Shown: positions 10,469 through 23,223, numbered from the stretch's first letter. The stretch is 64,000 nt of DNA from Neophaeotheca triangularis (GCA_054600435.1 BAAIJX010000011.1:372001-436000); one strand, 5' to 3'. Translations and numbers: made by a program. The notes: generated from the letters alone by a model not told the origin.

Positions 10469-13416
10469 CGTAGCTTGGTAAGTTGCTGGTAGTTGGGTAT
10501 TCTGGATGCTCGAGGCGTGGCTGATGATCCTTGTAGTAGCCTTCGGCTGCTAGTTCGACCAATATCGCCATGTCTTGGACCGATGAGGCGGAACTAAGGG
10601 CGCTCTTCTTCTAAGTTCAAGGAAACGGTCCCGGCGTTCATATGCGCAGATGAGGCGCTTCCAAGGTTGGAAAGGAAAGGGGATTTTCATATTCTTTGAA
10701 TAGGAAGTTGTATCTCAAGCTTCCCATCTCTCCTAGGCAAATCCACGTCGCAGGAAATACAATACATGCTCCGTGTGATCACAATGCTTCATTCGAAGCC
10801 TGCTACGCCTCGAAAACCACCTGTGTACGTCAGCGAGGATTCTGTGCTGTCGTAATTGGAAGAGCATTGGTAAAATGCGTCGTAAGCAGCCATGGAGGAG
10901 AGTAGGAACCAGTACAGAAATCTGAAGGGTAGAAGGGGAGCAAATTGGGTGATTTGAAGAAGCAGCTGTATTAAACACTCCTTCCCCGTAGCGTAAAGTG
11001 AGGTAGGTGGTGGACGCGGTCTCCCTAAGTTTCTCCCGTCTCGCCCAAGCCTTTATTTCTACAAGACCTGCACCTGCAATTCCTCACATCCGACTGACCT
11101 ACAAACATTCAAGGCAATTAACCAGACTCAGGTCAGCTGAGTTTCACGCATTCACTAAACCAATACTGACTATAGGCCACCCTATTATGTTCTCTTGCGG
11201 CCAGTGGCTTCCAGGTCCACCAACCACCCACGACTACCACGAGCCCAGTTCCACCGTCACCACAAGCGCTTCCACATTGCACGTTTGCTCACCTTGCACG
11301 CCTGGACTCGGTTGAACTTGTCCTGAGTTATCTTGATGAGAGCGGTACTCAAGGTCCTACCTTGACAAGGAAATTGAGCAAGGGTGCGTAGACCGGACGA
11401 GTCTGCTAGACAGCCGTCGTGCCTTAAGGCTGACGGAAAGGGCGTCTCCAGTCAGCAAACGGAGGTCCAAGAGCCGGCACCGCGTGCACCGCCAAAGAAG
11501 CAGGTACGTGGTATGGGCAAGAGCTGTTTTGTTTTGGCGATTGTGAAAGCAGAGAGCGCCGGCGGTGAGACCGCAGTCAGACGGTCAGACCTGAGTGACA
11601 CCTCGGTGGATTCCAAGGAGTTAAAAAAGTCTGTTGTTTCTCTGATCCACGACCGTGTGTCCAAAACAGGCAGCTGTGAGAAAGCGCAGGTGGAATCGTT
11701 TCAGTATGATCGACAGCTAGACCACTATGAACGGTCACTCTATGAACGGTCACGAGCCACACCGGCTCGGGTTGCCTTGCAGAGCAAAGCCAAGGTCTGA
11801 CACCCATTAGGTATTCTTCCTTCTCCGGGCGAAGTCTCGAATCCACCGTGGAGAAATGCACACCCCTTCAGACAACGCAATGAAACGTAAATGCGTCGGG
11901 AGCGGTGGGAAAAAAGTATCATGGCAGTAAACAGTAGTAGTGAAACCTCGTTCTGTCGACAATGCCAAACGCTAGCCGCCCGGTCCACGCAAAGTGCCCG
12001 CCCGCGGAGTGCTTGATATCAGGTTAGGTAGTCGTGATGATGACCGCAACTGTTGATACCGGCCTTACTGGTATTACCTTAGCCTCGAAGACGAATACCA
12101 CGAGAATTCGAGGCAAAGGTACGTGATGGCGTTTCAACGGCTATCACAGCATCACGAGCGAAGCACAAGGGTGTTACTCGACGGAGAGCAACCGCCTTCA
12201 CGGTAAGCGGAATGGTGTAGCAATAGTATTGGTCACTACTGCTTTCCGACAGCCGGGGTTGCGTTGGCTGGCTCGCCTCGCTCTCCAATTGCCCAACTTG
12301 GCCTTGGTTTGTAACGTTAGGGTCCAGGGGGAAATGGCAGAGCAGGTGGATCAAGATCAAGAAGGGCGAATGCAGAGGCGGGAAGTGGTGAGTAGTCAAG
12401 TGGATGCTCTTCTGCAGGGCGGCATTACTACTTGTCGTCACCGCGGACAGGACAGTGGACACCGCTCGGGATGGACGGCGGGCGCCACAGCTTGAGCCAA
12501 AACATACTGTACTACTGTAGCTACACGTGGTACTGAGAGGTAGTTGGCACTAGGTGGTAGTAGCAACAGTTGTGCTCGTCTATTGTTGTAGGTATGTAGA
12601 CAGGCTGCTAAATCTAATGATGAGGAGACAGAGACGCAGAGGCAGAGCGAAGGAGGCTGAAGGGACGGACGGTACTACATTAGATCTGTGGCTTACCGGG
12701 AAACGTCGCCAACGTCGTGTTGGTTGATCGACACATACCTACCTAGGTAGTCAAGTAGTATACCTGGGCATGGTACAGATACAGTAGTAGTACTTACAGT
12801 ATGCTATCCATGCTAACCCCAATAGTCGAGCGCAAGCGCGGGCCAACAGCCCGTTCGCGCCTTTCATCTTTCGTCTCGTCTTGCTCTCTTGTATTTGCTG
12901 TTGACGTTGCCCTCTGGCCGCTACCCGATTTGGATGTCTTTCCACTCGGACTCCTCTCGTCTCGGTAACATTACCTCCTACCTACTTATTACCACTGCGG
13001 GCTGGCACCACTTCCATACTCTGTACCCTTGTACCTGGTAGCATCCCGACGACTCTTCATCTTCTTCACCCACCCATTTCCACCCCCCAAGGTTCACCCG
13101 TTGAACGAATCGCGGACCTCGATCAGCACAACGGCGTCCAGCTCGAGGACAAGACTACCCAGGTAAACTTTCGACCCTTTCGACCCGTCGCCCGTCACGC
13201 CCACCTACCTTACCTTTACTTGTTCTGGCTGACGACTGCTCAGCGTCACGTTTGCGCACTCCTTTGCCCGTCCGTTTCTTCTTCTATTCAATCCTCGCTT
13301 CACCACTCGACTGTTTCAGCGCTGGACGATTCTACCCGTTTGACTTCCCATAATTGCACCTCGCACAACGCACGTCCAGCGGACCACAGCCTGTCACATG
13401 CCACACATGCTTGGAC

Positions 13417-14778
13417 ATGTCCATGTTGCTCACTATCCCTCCGAAGAGCGCAACTGACTTTGGTGGCCGGCACACCGATGACTTTCACTTCCGAGACCCG
13501 ATACCAGCACTGCGTTATTCCCCTCGAACCAAGCACGACTCTCCCGTGACAACGCTGCAGGGCAGCATTGCCGATCGCAATCATTACGACCAAAACAGGC
13601 ACATCATGTCAACACCCCATCGAGGCTTGCCACCTCCAGCCGCAATGTCTCTGCCCGACCCCGCCAGACAGTCAGGGCCCATGCTCAATCAGTCTCTGGG
13701 AGCTATGCCAGCGCCCCCGAATCAATGGCATGGGCAGGAAGACTCAATGCGAAATTGGCTTTCTGCAAAAGCTGAGGAGGACAAGCGAAAGCAAGAAGAG
13801 GAAAAGACGCGGCAGGAAACACTGCGACTCGAACAGCGTCGGATCGAACAGTCGATGTTGCGAGAATCATTGCAAGGCGGAGTCCCTCCTCAGATGGTGC
13901 CAATGATTTACGCGGGTATTGGAGGCGCAAATCTTGCCAACGTCAGCTTAGATTGGCTCAGTCAGTACTCTGCTCAGCTGCAGGCAGCGCAACAGCAGCA
14001 AGTACAACAGACTTCGCCTGAGACAAAACGGGACACTCGTATGCTGGGCCAAGGCCAGCCTCAGTTTACGGCAACCCAGGCTCAACCCCAACCCCAACCC
14101 ACACAGGCCCAACCACCTGGCCCGCTACAGACGACTTTCTCGGCCTATCCAACCGGACCCGGTTCGCCTGGTGGCAAAGGCAGGCAAGTGTCCAACTCGA
14201 CGCCTCGTTCTGCCCCAAACAAAGGCTTGCCGAGACTCACGACCAACGAAATGTACGTTCAGCAACCCCCTCAGGCGGCAGCTGGAGCCCATCCTTTGCA
14301 GCAAAGCCAGACAATGCAGCAAGAATCCTCCCCGTCGATTTATTTCCATCATTGGGTTCCACCCAATGAAACAAAATCGAACTCAGGCGGCAAACAGTCG
14401 TCGAAAGACGAGGCACCATCGTCGGCTCACCCGGGCTCTCAGCGATCCGATGACTATAGAGAGTCGCCACGCAAACGAAAAGCTCAGGGTGGGCACCAAT
14501 CCAATCCTCCCCCATCCTCAGCCGGCCCACAATACACGTCGCCTTCATTCTCAACAATATCATCGAGTTCCGGTCGACCAAAGAATCACGCAAGGTCACG
14601 AAGTAACCCATCAGCAGAGAAAGACGAGGGGGCAGCACGGCCGGGTAATCGGCGGGATGGTCGGGAGGGGCAAGAAGAGCGGAGGGTGCGGGAAATGTCC
14701 AACCAGCATTTTGAGCGGCCGGGTCCGCCGTACGCTGAGGCGGAAAGGGGCGGTCAACGAGAGAATGAAAGACGGTGA
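13417..14778 (+). CDS. Q/P-rich fungal hypothetical protein with a coiled coil
   Basis: Long ORF from ATG 13417. Contains the conserved-looking block WLSAKAEEDKRKQEEEKTRQETLRLEQRRIEQSMLRESLQGGVPP and the motif SIYFHHWVPP. Probable 5'UTR intron at 13163-13243 (GTAAAC...GCTGAC...CAG). Confidence 0.75.
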   Translation: MSMLLTIPPKSATDFGGRHTDDFHFRDPIPALRYSPRTKHDSPVTTLQGSIADRNHYDQNRHIMSTPHRGLPPPAAMSLPDPARQSGPMLNQSLGAMPAPPNQWHGQEDSMRNWLSAKAEEDKRKQEEEKTRQETLRLEQRRIEQSMLRESLQGGVPPQMVPMIYAGIGGANLANVSLDWLSQYSAQLQAAQQQQVQQTSPETKRDTRMLGQGQPQFTATQAQPQPQPTQAQPPGPLQTTFSAYPTGPGSPGGKGRQVSNSTPRSAPNKGLPRLTTNEMYVQQPPQAAAGAHPLQQSQTMQQESSPSIYFHHWVPPNETKSNSGGKQSSKDEAPSSAHPGSQRSDDYRESPRKRKAQGGHQSNPPPSSAGPQYTSPSFSTISSSSGRPKNHARSRSNPSAEKDEGAARPGNRRDGREGQEERRVREMSNQHFERPGPPYAEAERGGQRENERR

Positions 14779-15376
14779 CGAGGCTGGATTTGAAAGGACG
14801 GTCGCAACAGTGCGTTCTTTTGCTTTGTACATATGTTGTGAAGGGTGCGGATTGGCGGTGGGCTGCTGGGCGGTGGGTTTTGTGGCCTTTTATATCAAAC
14901 GATACCCAAGGGGGCTTGCATGTTCAGTACATATGGCGTCGAATATCATATACATCTGCGAATGATGTGGGTTTCCATATGACAAGGCGGATAGGTGGGC
15001 TTGGGTCTGCTGTCCATTTATCAATTCGTTCCATGTCACTGAGAAGTATCGAGACGCATAGAATGGGATATCGATATCAAACCTGGACGACTGAACGCAA
15101 CGGCTGAGAAGCGTGAGATTGTTGGCCTTTCAACTTGCGAGGGCTGTTGTGTGTATGTCTATTTTGGTAACTCTGACTTTTTGCTATTAGACAGGTGGGA
15201 GTATCTGGCATATAGAGGTACCTTAGTAGTTGCAGGACATTAAAGCTCGTGTATATAAGTGGCGCTCGCTGTGGCTGTTTCACTTTCGTGGGCACTCAAG
15301 CGGGCTTGAAGCTCAAAGCCGACTCTCAAGGAACATTTCTCATTCATCCCCCATCAATTCACACACAAAACCGTCA

Positions 15377-16590
15377 ATGCTCTCCAGATTGGTCTCGAAA
15401 CCAACCAGGAGCCCAAAAGCAGCAACAAGATGTAACCCCATAGCCACTCGCGGAACCCCAAGACCGCGCCTCACAACAAACGCACCACCAGCCTTCCTCC
15501 TCCTCCTCCTCCGCCGGCCCGCCTCAACCTCGTCCCCCTCCTCCACGCGCTGGAAAGCCCGCCAAACCACCGACACCCTCGCCCGCGAAGCCAAAGTCGC
15601 CGGTCTCAAATCCCGCGCCGCTTACAAACTCCTCGAAATCGACCACAAACACCGCATCTTCGCGCCTGACCAAACCGTCGTCGACTTGGGTTACGCGCCG
15701 GGCAGCTGGAGTCAGGTCGCTGTCAATCGGACTCGGCCGCGCGGCAGGGTCGTGGGCATTGATGTCATTCCCGCGCAGCCGCCTAGAGGGGCGAGTAGTA
15801 TTCAGGGGAACTTTTTGAGCCAGCGGGTTCAGGGCGAGGTTAGGGAGTATGTTAGGGAGTGGGGGAGGGGGAGGGTTGGGGGGAAGATGGGGGTGGCAAG
15901 TGCGGGGGCTGAAGAGGTTGGAGGGGTGGGGAAGAGTGTGGTTGAGATGGAGCGGGAGCAGGGGCAGGCGCGAGATGTTGGGGCTGGGGCAATGGAGGGG
16001 TCTGTTGAGGCTGGGTTGGAGGGGAAGGAGACTTCGCTGCCGCCGCCGCTTTCGCGGAAGCAGGTGGATGTTGACGAGGGCAGAGTGGTGGATGTGGTGC
16101 TCAGTGACATGTCAGAACCCTGGCCGCTCGTCGGCGCGACGTGGATCAAGAGCGTTAGTAACCCGTATCGCAGGATGATGAACACGAGCGGAATGCCCTT
16201 TAGAGATCACGCCGGGTCTATGGTGTGCAACGCCCATCTGCGAAGCTTGTTCGATTCATCTGCTAACTAGACTGTAGGATCTCTGCCTCGCGGCGTTGGT
16301 CTTCTGCTACGACACTCTCGCGACCGGCGGCCACTTTTTATGCAAGTTCTACCAAGGCAACGAAGATAAGGTGCTGGAAAGCCGGCTGAGGAAGCTTTTT
16401 GAAAAGGTTCATCGTATCAAGCCTGACTCCTCGCGAAAAGTAGGGACCGCTGGATTTGCTCTTGTTGTGCTGCCGTCGTCGGGTTGAGCGAGGAGCTAAC
16501 CAACTATTTCAGGAGTCCAAGGAAGCTTACTTCGTCGCCCTGCGACGGAAAGCCAAAGTCGACCGGGAGAGCGTATTCTTTGAGAATTGA
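15377..16590 (+). CDS. MRM2: Mitochondrial rRNA 2'-O-methyltransferase (FtsJ/RrmJ)
   Basis: Presequence-like start MLSRLVSK, then motifs KSRAAYKLLEI, VVDLGYAPGSWSQ, VDVVLSDM, FLCKFYQG and KPDSSRKESKEAY. Introns at 16223-16277 and 16440-16512; stop TGA at 16588-16590. Confidence 0.9.
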
Positions 16591-16960
16591 GAGCCGACGG
16601 TTTTCCATGGGTGGCTCAACGCCTTCCCGTCACAAATCGGTATTTTACACGAATGTCTTCGCAAGGGTCCACCGAAGAAGTCGGCAGCTCTCCAGACTTG
16701 AGAGGCTTGAGCGGTCTAGCGTCCGCGGAGACATTCACTTGGTCCTCTTCGCTCGCGGCGTCCAGCGCCACGGGAGCTATGTCGGGCGGGTATAACATTC
16801 GAGGTGGTAGCCCGGAAAAGCCTTCTGTGGATAAAGCGTAGGAACACCTCGCAACACAGCGTTTGCACCCCTTGGAGATGGTCGGCCGCTTCAAATGTCA
16901 GTCCTGCGCTGAGTCCGATGTTTTGAGCAACGTGTCTTCTCTGCGCAGAGGACGCCAATC

Positions 16961-17377
16961 TCATCGAACACTCCGATCCCCGATGGCAGTCGTACCCAAA
17001 GCCCTAACAGGCACAGCAGGCATCTCCCAAACCACGCTGTCCCGCCGTCCAATCTCGACAGGGCTGTCGCTGCCCATTTCAGGATTCTCGACGGTCTCGT
17101 GAACCAGCACGCCCGTATATTTCCTGGAAAAGCTATCGTCGACCTCCTTCCTCATCATGGAAATTCGCCCATTCCTGCCGGATGCAGATCGACACGTTTT
17201 GGCCTTTTGGTCCTGTCTGCGCTTCCGCCATTCGCGGTAGACGATGAATGCGAGGGTGGAAAGGGAAAACGTCGTCACAACGATGCAAATGGAAAGGCCG
17301 GCTATGAACGTGGATCGCTGAATCGTGATTTGGTTTGCCGGGGTGATGCACTCTCTGGCGGGAGTTTGTTGAGGCAT
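16961..17377 (-). CDS. Small single-pass membrane protein
   Basis: 138-aa ORF with one hydrophobic helix (FIAGLSICIVVTTFSLSTLAFIVY) followed by a basic stop-transfer segment REWRKRR. The cytosolic tail carries PVEIG/VWEMPA. Confidence 0.6.
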   Translation of the reverse strand: MPQQTPARECITPANQITIQRSTFIAGLSICIVVTTFSLSTLAFIVYREWRKRRQDQKAKTCRSASGRNGRISMMRKEVDDSFSRKYTGVLVHETVENPEMGSDSPVEIGRRDSVVWEMPAVPVRALGTTAIGDRSVR

Positions 17378-18052
17378 TGTTTTCGTCTAGTAGACCTGCT
17401 ACCTGAGCTGATGGCTTATAAGAGTGAAAGGAAGATGCTAATACAATGATGCGAACGAGAGTTTACAGGATTATCTACCAATCTCGCTCGACAGCCTCTC
17501 CTACTATTATATCGTTTTTTTTTTCTTTCTCAGTGAGTGTTCGCTTTTGCAGCCGCCGACAGCAACAACGGGCGGCTAGATATCGTCAGTATTGCGCTGT
17601 ACCTCCGTATGTAAATAAGTAGTCTTGGTAATGTAGTTGGAGCGCTTGCTGAAGCAAACAGCAGCTGCATATCTACACCCAAGACGTCGGCGAGCATTCG
17701 CCGATGCTCTCCTTGACACACAACCCTAAGCGCTACTGCAGCGAGCTTGGCAAAGGTGTTGGCACATACAGCAAAAGGCAGAGGCAAAGAATGATAATAA
17801 GAATAAGATGGTGAAGTTTGATTTGCTGGGACCACACTACCATGCTGAACGATAAGATCAGCCCCGACTCCCGACTCCCGAGCCTCCAGGGAGAGACTAA
17901 TGAGAGTTGGATTAATCTACCCGTGACTACGGTGCGGTGCGGTGCGGTGCAAATCATTATTCAGGTTCAGATTGCCCCTTTTGGAGAGGCTTGGGATCGA
18001 TATGTCAAGCCTTGGCCTTTCTTGAGAATATGCAGTAATGTGGGCTCCTATT

Positions 18053-18081
18053 CCATTATTATTATTATTGTTATTGTTATT
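18053..18081. repeat. (ATT/GTT)n microsatellite
   Basis: CATTATTATTATTATTGTTATTGTTATT in the region upstream of GT paralog A. A (GA)n run follows at about 18141-18157. Confidence 0.75.
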
Positions 18082-18716
18082 ACCTCCGTACCACTCCTCC
18101 TACACCACCTCAGGCGTGGATAATCTTGAGCGAGAGCAAGGAGAGAGAGAGAGAGAGGCCTTGCTCGGCTGTTGGAATCTTGGCCATGTGGCTGATCAAG
18201 AAAGGAGAGGGAGGGCTGTACTACCAACCTTAAGTACTAGTAATATGTATTACCTTACCTACCAGGTACCTATAGTAATCGTTAGTAGTAGTCCCTCCCT
18301 CCCTCCCCCGAGTCCCTCCCCCAGTCTGAGAAGTCGGCACGCTTGGCATATCGGAAAGGGGAGCCTTTGACTTTTTTTACCTTTTCGCCCACGCAGCGGA
18401 GCCGCTGGATAGCGTTGCCCTACCGTGGCCTTTTATCATTCTTACCTTTCCACTACTTCCACCCCTTCCGCTTCAAAAGCCGCTAATCAACCTTTCCAAT
18501 CCACTTCACTACTGCTTGTCGATCGCCCGCCCGTTCCCCCCCCTCCCTCGTGCTATTGCGACTGTTGCTGCTACTGCTGCTGCTTTCCTCTTCCACCTAC
18601 AACCGCTCTCCGCTTGTATTCCATCACGACTTGCACTCAATCTACTTTCATTGATCCCTTCGCTTCTCTTTACCCTCTCCCCCCCTACTACTCGTCCTCG
18701 CCTTGTTGCCAGAGGA

Positions 18717-20606
18717 ATGTTGCAGACGGCGCGGACGAGGCAGGTCCTATTGCTGTGTGCCGTGCTGTTCGTCCTGACTTTTGGCTTCCTGATATCGCAT
18801 AACGTATGTACCTCCTCCTATAAGGCTGAACATAGGGCTGAAACCCCATCATCGTTCTTCACCACGCCAATCCCTTTCCTATTAATGCATGTTCATGTTC
18901 ATGTGACTGACTGACTGATTGACTGACATTGCCCATCTCTACAGCATGAACGCATAAAAGACACCTATCACGAATACACCCGTCCCAATACCAATACCAA
19001 TACCACTCCTCCTCCTCCTCCTCCGCCGTCCGCTCCATCCTCCCCCGCCCCTGAGAAACAAAACACGGAGACTGCGAACAAACCATCCACTCTCACGCCC
19101 AGGCCGAGGACGGACAAGCTCCATGTCTTGCTGCCCGCTTCCAACCCGGAGGTCAATCTCTGCAAAACGCTCTTGACCTCTGCCATACTCGACTACCCCA
19201 TCCCGACTCTGATAGCATGGAACGAGGATTTCGATAAGCGTGAGTGGGCTGATGTTGCAGAGCTCTTTGGTGGGAATAAGCACTGATAGGTTGTAGATTA
19301 TTTGCTCGGGTCCGGAAGCCATGTAGCAAAGATCACCCGAGTCCTGGAATGGATGAACGCCCAAGACGCTTCAGCCGACGACGATCTCGTTATTATGATG
19401 GACGCTTACGGTTCGTTCAATTACTATGACAACCCTGGGAATAAGCAAACTCATCTGGATGCAGATATTTGGTGGCAACTGCGTCCCGAGGTGCTCATCG
19501 ACCGCTACTATGCCATCAACGACGCTGCCAATGCCCGCATCCAAGAACGGATGGGCCGCGCGGCCGACATCGAGGGCATCGAGCAGACCATTATCTTTGG
19601 CGCCGGTAAGCGATGCGCCCCCAATCAGGTACACACAGTCGCCTGCTACCCCATTCCGGAGTCGCCTCTCCCCGATGATGTTTACGGCGCCAACACCGAC
19701 ACGGTCATGGGACGCAACAAATACACGAGCTTGCGCCAGAGATACTTGAACTCGGGCTACGCCATCGGGCCTATGAAGGAGATGCGCGCCATGTTCGAGC
19801 GCGCCCGGGAAAAGGTCGAGGCAATGAAAGACCAAGAGGACTTTGACAATGGCAGCCATGGCTCGGATTTCATGTACCATGGCAGCGATCAGTCCATCTT
19901 CAACATCATGCTCGGCGAGCAAGAGTTCCAGCGAGAAGTCATGAGGCGGAGACATCTCACGGATGAGGAGAGGGCAGCGGGCAAGGAGAAGGCCAATCCG
20001 ACATACATCGAAGGCACCCTTGTCGACGACCCCATCAACCCCAGTTTCACTCACGAAGAGATGGAGCACAAGGAGGGCAAGCCCGACGAGTTCGGCATCG
20101 GACTCGACTACTTCTCCGATCTGGGCCAGCAGACGGTCAACGCCGAGGACGACGCCGGATACATGGTCTACGGCCGCGATATCGAGGAGCAAGTCCCCTT
20201 CCGACACATGTTCGACTGCCCTTCGCGCGTCAAGGGCGAACTGCCAAAGGAAGTCACCGACAACCCCGACCCCTACGCCCTGGAAGCTTCCAACGAGCAT
20301 ATTCCCTGGACCGACGTCCCCCTGTACACCAACGTCTGCTTGGACCGCATCCCCGTCATGATCCACCACAATGGCGTCAAAGAGGCACGCGAATACGCCT
20401 GGACGCTGACGTGGATGCAGCCGCACGCGCGCAGGATCATGGAGTCGATTGTCAACGGCACAAGTCCGGAAGGCTCGTCGGAAGAGAAAAAGGGCGGTGC
20501 GCACTTGCCCGACGGCCAATATCTGAGCTGGGGCGAGCTCTGCCCCTTTGAGTACGAGCATGAGATCTTCCGCGATGTAGAACCCCTGCCTAAACCCGGG
20601 CGCTAG
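18717..20606 (+). CDS. Type II membrane PLOD/LH3-like glycosyltransferase, paralog A
   Basis: Exon 1 MLQTARTRQVLLLCAVLFVLTFGFLISHN is a signal anchor. Introns at 18804-18944, 19240-19296 and 19411-19464. The spliced product has a Pro/Thr stem and the motifs MMDAYDIWWQ, IIFGAGKRCAP, YLNSGYAIG, SDQ, GLDY and IHHNG. Confidence 0.8.
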
Positions 20607-20808
20607 AATCTGAATTCGAGGCGACTGTATTAGAGATGCAGAGAGAAATGCACCCATGGCTGGCTGTGGATCGCAAAGAAAAGACACGATATATATAGCA
20701 TTGTTTGTAGTTACTGCCAGTTAAAGACCTTTTAATACATGCACGCCATGCCGTTCAATCCACCACCAATCAACCCAAACCCCCCCGACCCCAGCCAAAC
20801 CCAACCCA

Positions 20809-22512
20809 TTAGTGATTCGCCGGCAATTCCCAAGGCCCCTTGCCATCCCTAAACACCTCTTCGTGGTAGTCTCTGCAAATCTCATCATACCGCAACCAGC
20901 CGTCGGGCGAGCTCACGGCACTGGAGCCCGCACGCGCCCCGCCCTTCCAAATCTCCTCGGGCCACCACTCCCGCACCGTCGATTCGTTGTACCCGCTCAC
21001 GGCCACGGGCGTGATGGGCGCGTAAATGTAAGCGTCGTACAGGGTGCGGACGTGCGATTGGAACCAAACCAAGGGCCACCACGTCTCGCGCAGTTTCTTG
21101 CGGCCGTCGCGGTGGGCGTTGTGGTGGATGACAGCCGGGGTGATGCCGGTGTAGACGTCGGTGAGGAGGGGGACTTCAGTCCACTTTGTCCAGCGCGGGA
21201 GGCTTCTTTCGTTGGAAAAGGTCCAGAACGGTGGCACCGAGACCTCAATGTCTTTCTGGATGCTGTTCATGCGCTGGTGGTAGGTGTCGATGCCACGGGA
21301 TTCTTGAGCTTCTTTGAGCTGCGTTTCGTTGCTGAAGACCGCCCACTCGGTGTCGTCCTCGGCGAAGACAGTGTTGAGACCGATTTCGCTGCCGTAGTCG
21401 ACGCCGATGCCGAATTCAAAGGACCCATCGTGGCGCGCAGCAGCCTTCTTGCGGACTTCTTCGATATGCTCCGGGTTAAAGTGCGAACGCGAGCCATAAC
21501 CGGAGACTTTGGCGCGGACGCGTTCAGAGGGAGAAAGGGCGTCTCGCCGCAGCATTTCGCGGTAGACTTCTTGGTCGCCGAAGACGTGGCTGAAGATGTA
21601 TTGGTCAGAGCCGAAGTTTGCTTCGGTCTTGGCCTGTTCAAGGGTCTGGTTAAAGAGCTTGCGCATGGCTCTGACGGTGCCGATGCCGACGCCGGAGTTG
21701 AGGTACCGCTGCCTGTTCTTGATGTAGGGGTTGTCCTTGTTGCCGACATCAGTGTCGGTGTCTGGGCCATAGATGTCGCTGACCAGAGATGACTGCGGGA
21801 CGGCGTAGCAAGGCGGGTCTTTCTCCGACCAAGGCCAGCAGCGCTTTTGGCAGCCAAAGATGATTTCCTGGTGGATGTTGTACTTGTCGACGACGCTTCC
21901 CAGGTCCCGTCTGGCCCTTGCGTCCGCCCTACGGTTAATTGCAAAGTAACGGTCCACGAGCGTCTGCGGACGTAATTGCATCCAGATGTCGAAACCGTCG
22001 ACCATCAAGACCAAATCGTCTTGGTGGCTCTCGTCAAAATGGTCCACAAACTCATAGATTCCTGAGATCTTGTGCAAATGGGAGCCACCGTCAACGAGCT
22101 TCGGGTCGCTAAAATCCTCGCCCCAATTGATAATGACCGGACTCGGATACCCCAGGACCCCGGCACTGACCAAAACCTTGCACAGGTTAGAATCGGGGTG
22201 ATCTGCTGGTATCACGATATGCAGATTCGCCGGCCGGCTGGAAGAGCTGGCAGGGACCGATGGCATGTGGTAGCCGCTGTCATGCTTGATTTTGATCAGT
22301 CACTTGGTTGCTGAGCTGCATCGGTGAAGGGTTCGAGGACCTACCTGCATCAAGTACAGCCCGAGCGCGCATAATGACAAGGCAAATGCTATCACTACCT
22401 TGCCTTGCCTCGCGAAAAGCGTGCTCCAGCCTGTGGCGCTGCCATCACCACCTCTACTGCCAACACGGTGGTACGCGGGCCTTTGCTGGCCGCCCATCCC
22501 AAAGATTCCCAT
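20809..22512 (-). CDS. Type II membrane PLOD/LH3-like glycosyltransferase, paralog B
   Basis: Exon 1 from ATG 22512 encodes the TM VVIAFALSLCALGLYLMQ. Intron at 22285-22344 (GTAGGT...ACTGAT...AAG). Motifs MVDGFDIWMQ, IIFGCQKRCWP, YLNSGVGIG, SDQ, GVDY and IHHNA. Confidence 0.8.
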
Positions 22513-23223
22513 CAACTCAGGGCGGGAGAAGGGCAAATGAAGTGCTTCTCTCGTCGGAAAGGGGGGACTGGAACGGCAGAAGGGATTCGTAGAGTAAGTC
22601 GGACCTCCAAGAACGCACGCAAACAGTACGAGGGTCGTGCAAGATCAGACGGCGTCGTATGTTACAGTAGATGGGTGTTAGTCTCCAGATATCATTGTAT
22701 TGTGCTCACGTGTCGGTAGGTAGACAGCCTCTTGCCAGCAGGAGGTCTGATAAGGTAGTTCTGTTGCTCGAAAAGTATAGGTAAGGTACAGTAGGTAGGC
22801 GTAGTAAGCTGATGATCCGGGAGGCGGTTTGGAAGGCATGGACGGCCCGCGGAAGCCAGGGCGGAGCAGTCCGAGCTTGTACACACATGCTCTTCGCCGA
22901 GTCGGCCGAGACCTCAGCCCCTTTGCCAAGCTTCCTTACCCTTGAGCTGTCCTCATCCTCAGTTCCTGGGCCTTTCCTGTCGAGCCTGAGCGAATCGACT
23001 ACACACCGGACGTAATAGTAGTATTAGATTGGAGAACAATAGTTACACGTGTAAACGGCTAGACGCTCAAGCAAGCTGGTTGACAGAATTGAATCTATAC
23101 GAGGGTATCAAAATTTCGACCAGGCTATTAAATACTACGCCCTGTAGATCAAACAAATATTCTACACACCAACTCCGCGCTGAAGCAGGCCCCCGCTTGT
23201 TGTCGTTTCCCTCGTTGCGTGCC

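Noticed and set aside
16616..16894. Minus-strand ORF downstream of the small TM gene, as a possible extra exon or readthrough
   Set aside because: No convincing splice sites or frame continuity link it to that gene.
19371..20687. 438-aa antisense ORF over GT paralog A (also 20812-21792 over B and 23245-24036 over C)
   Set aside because: These are shadow ORFs expected from strong C/G third-position bias on the sense strand. They carry no motifs.
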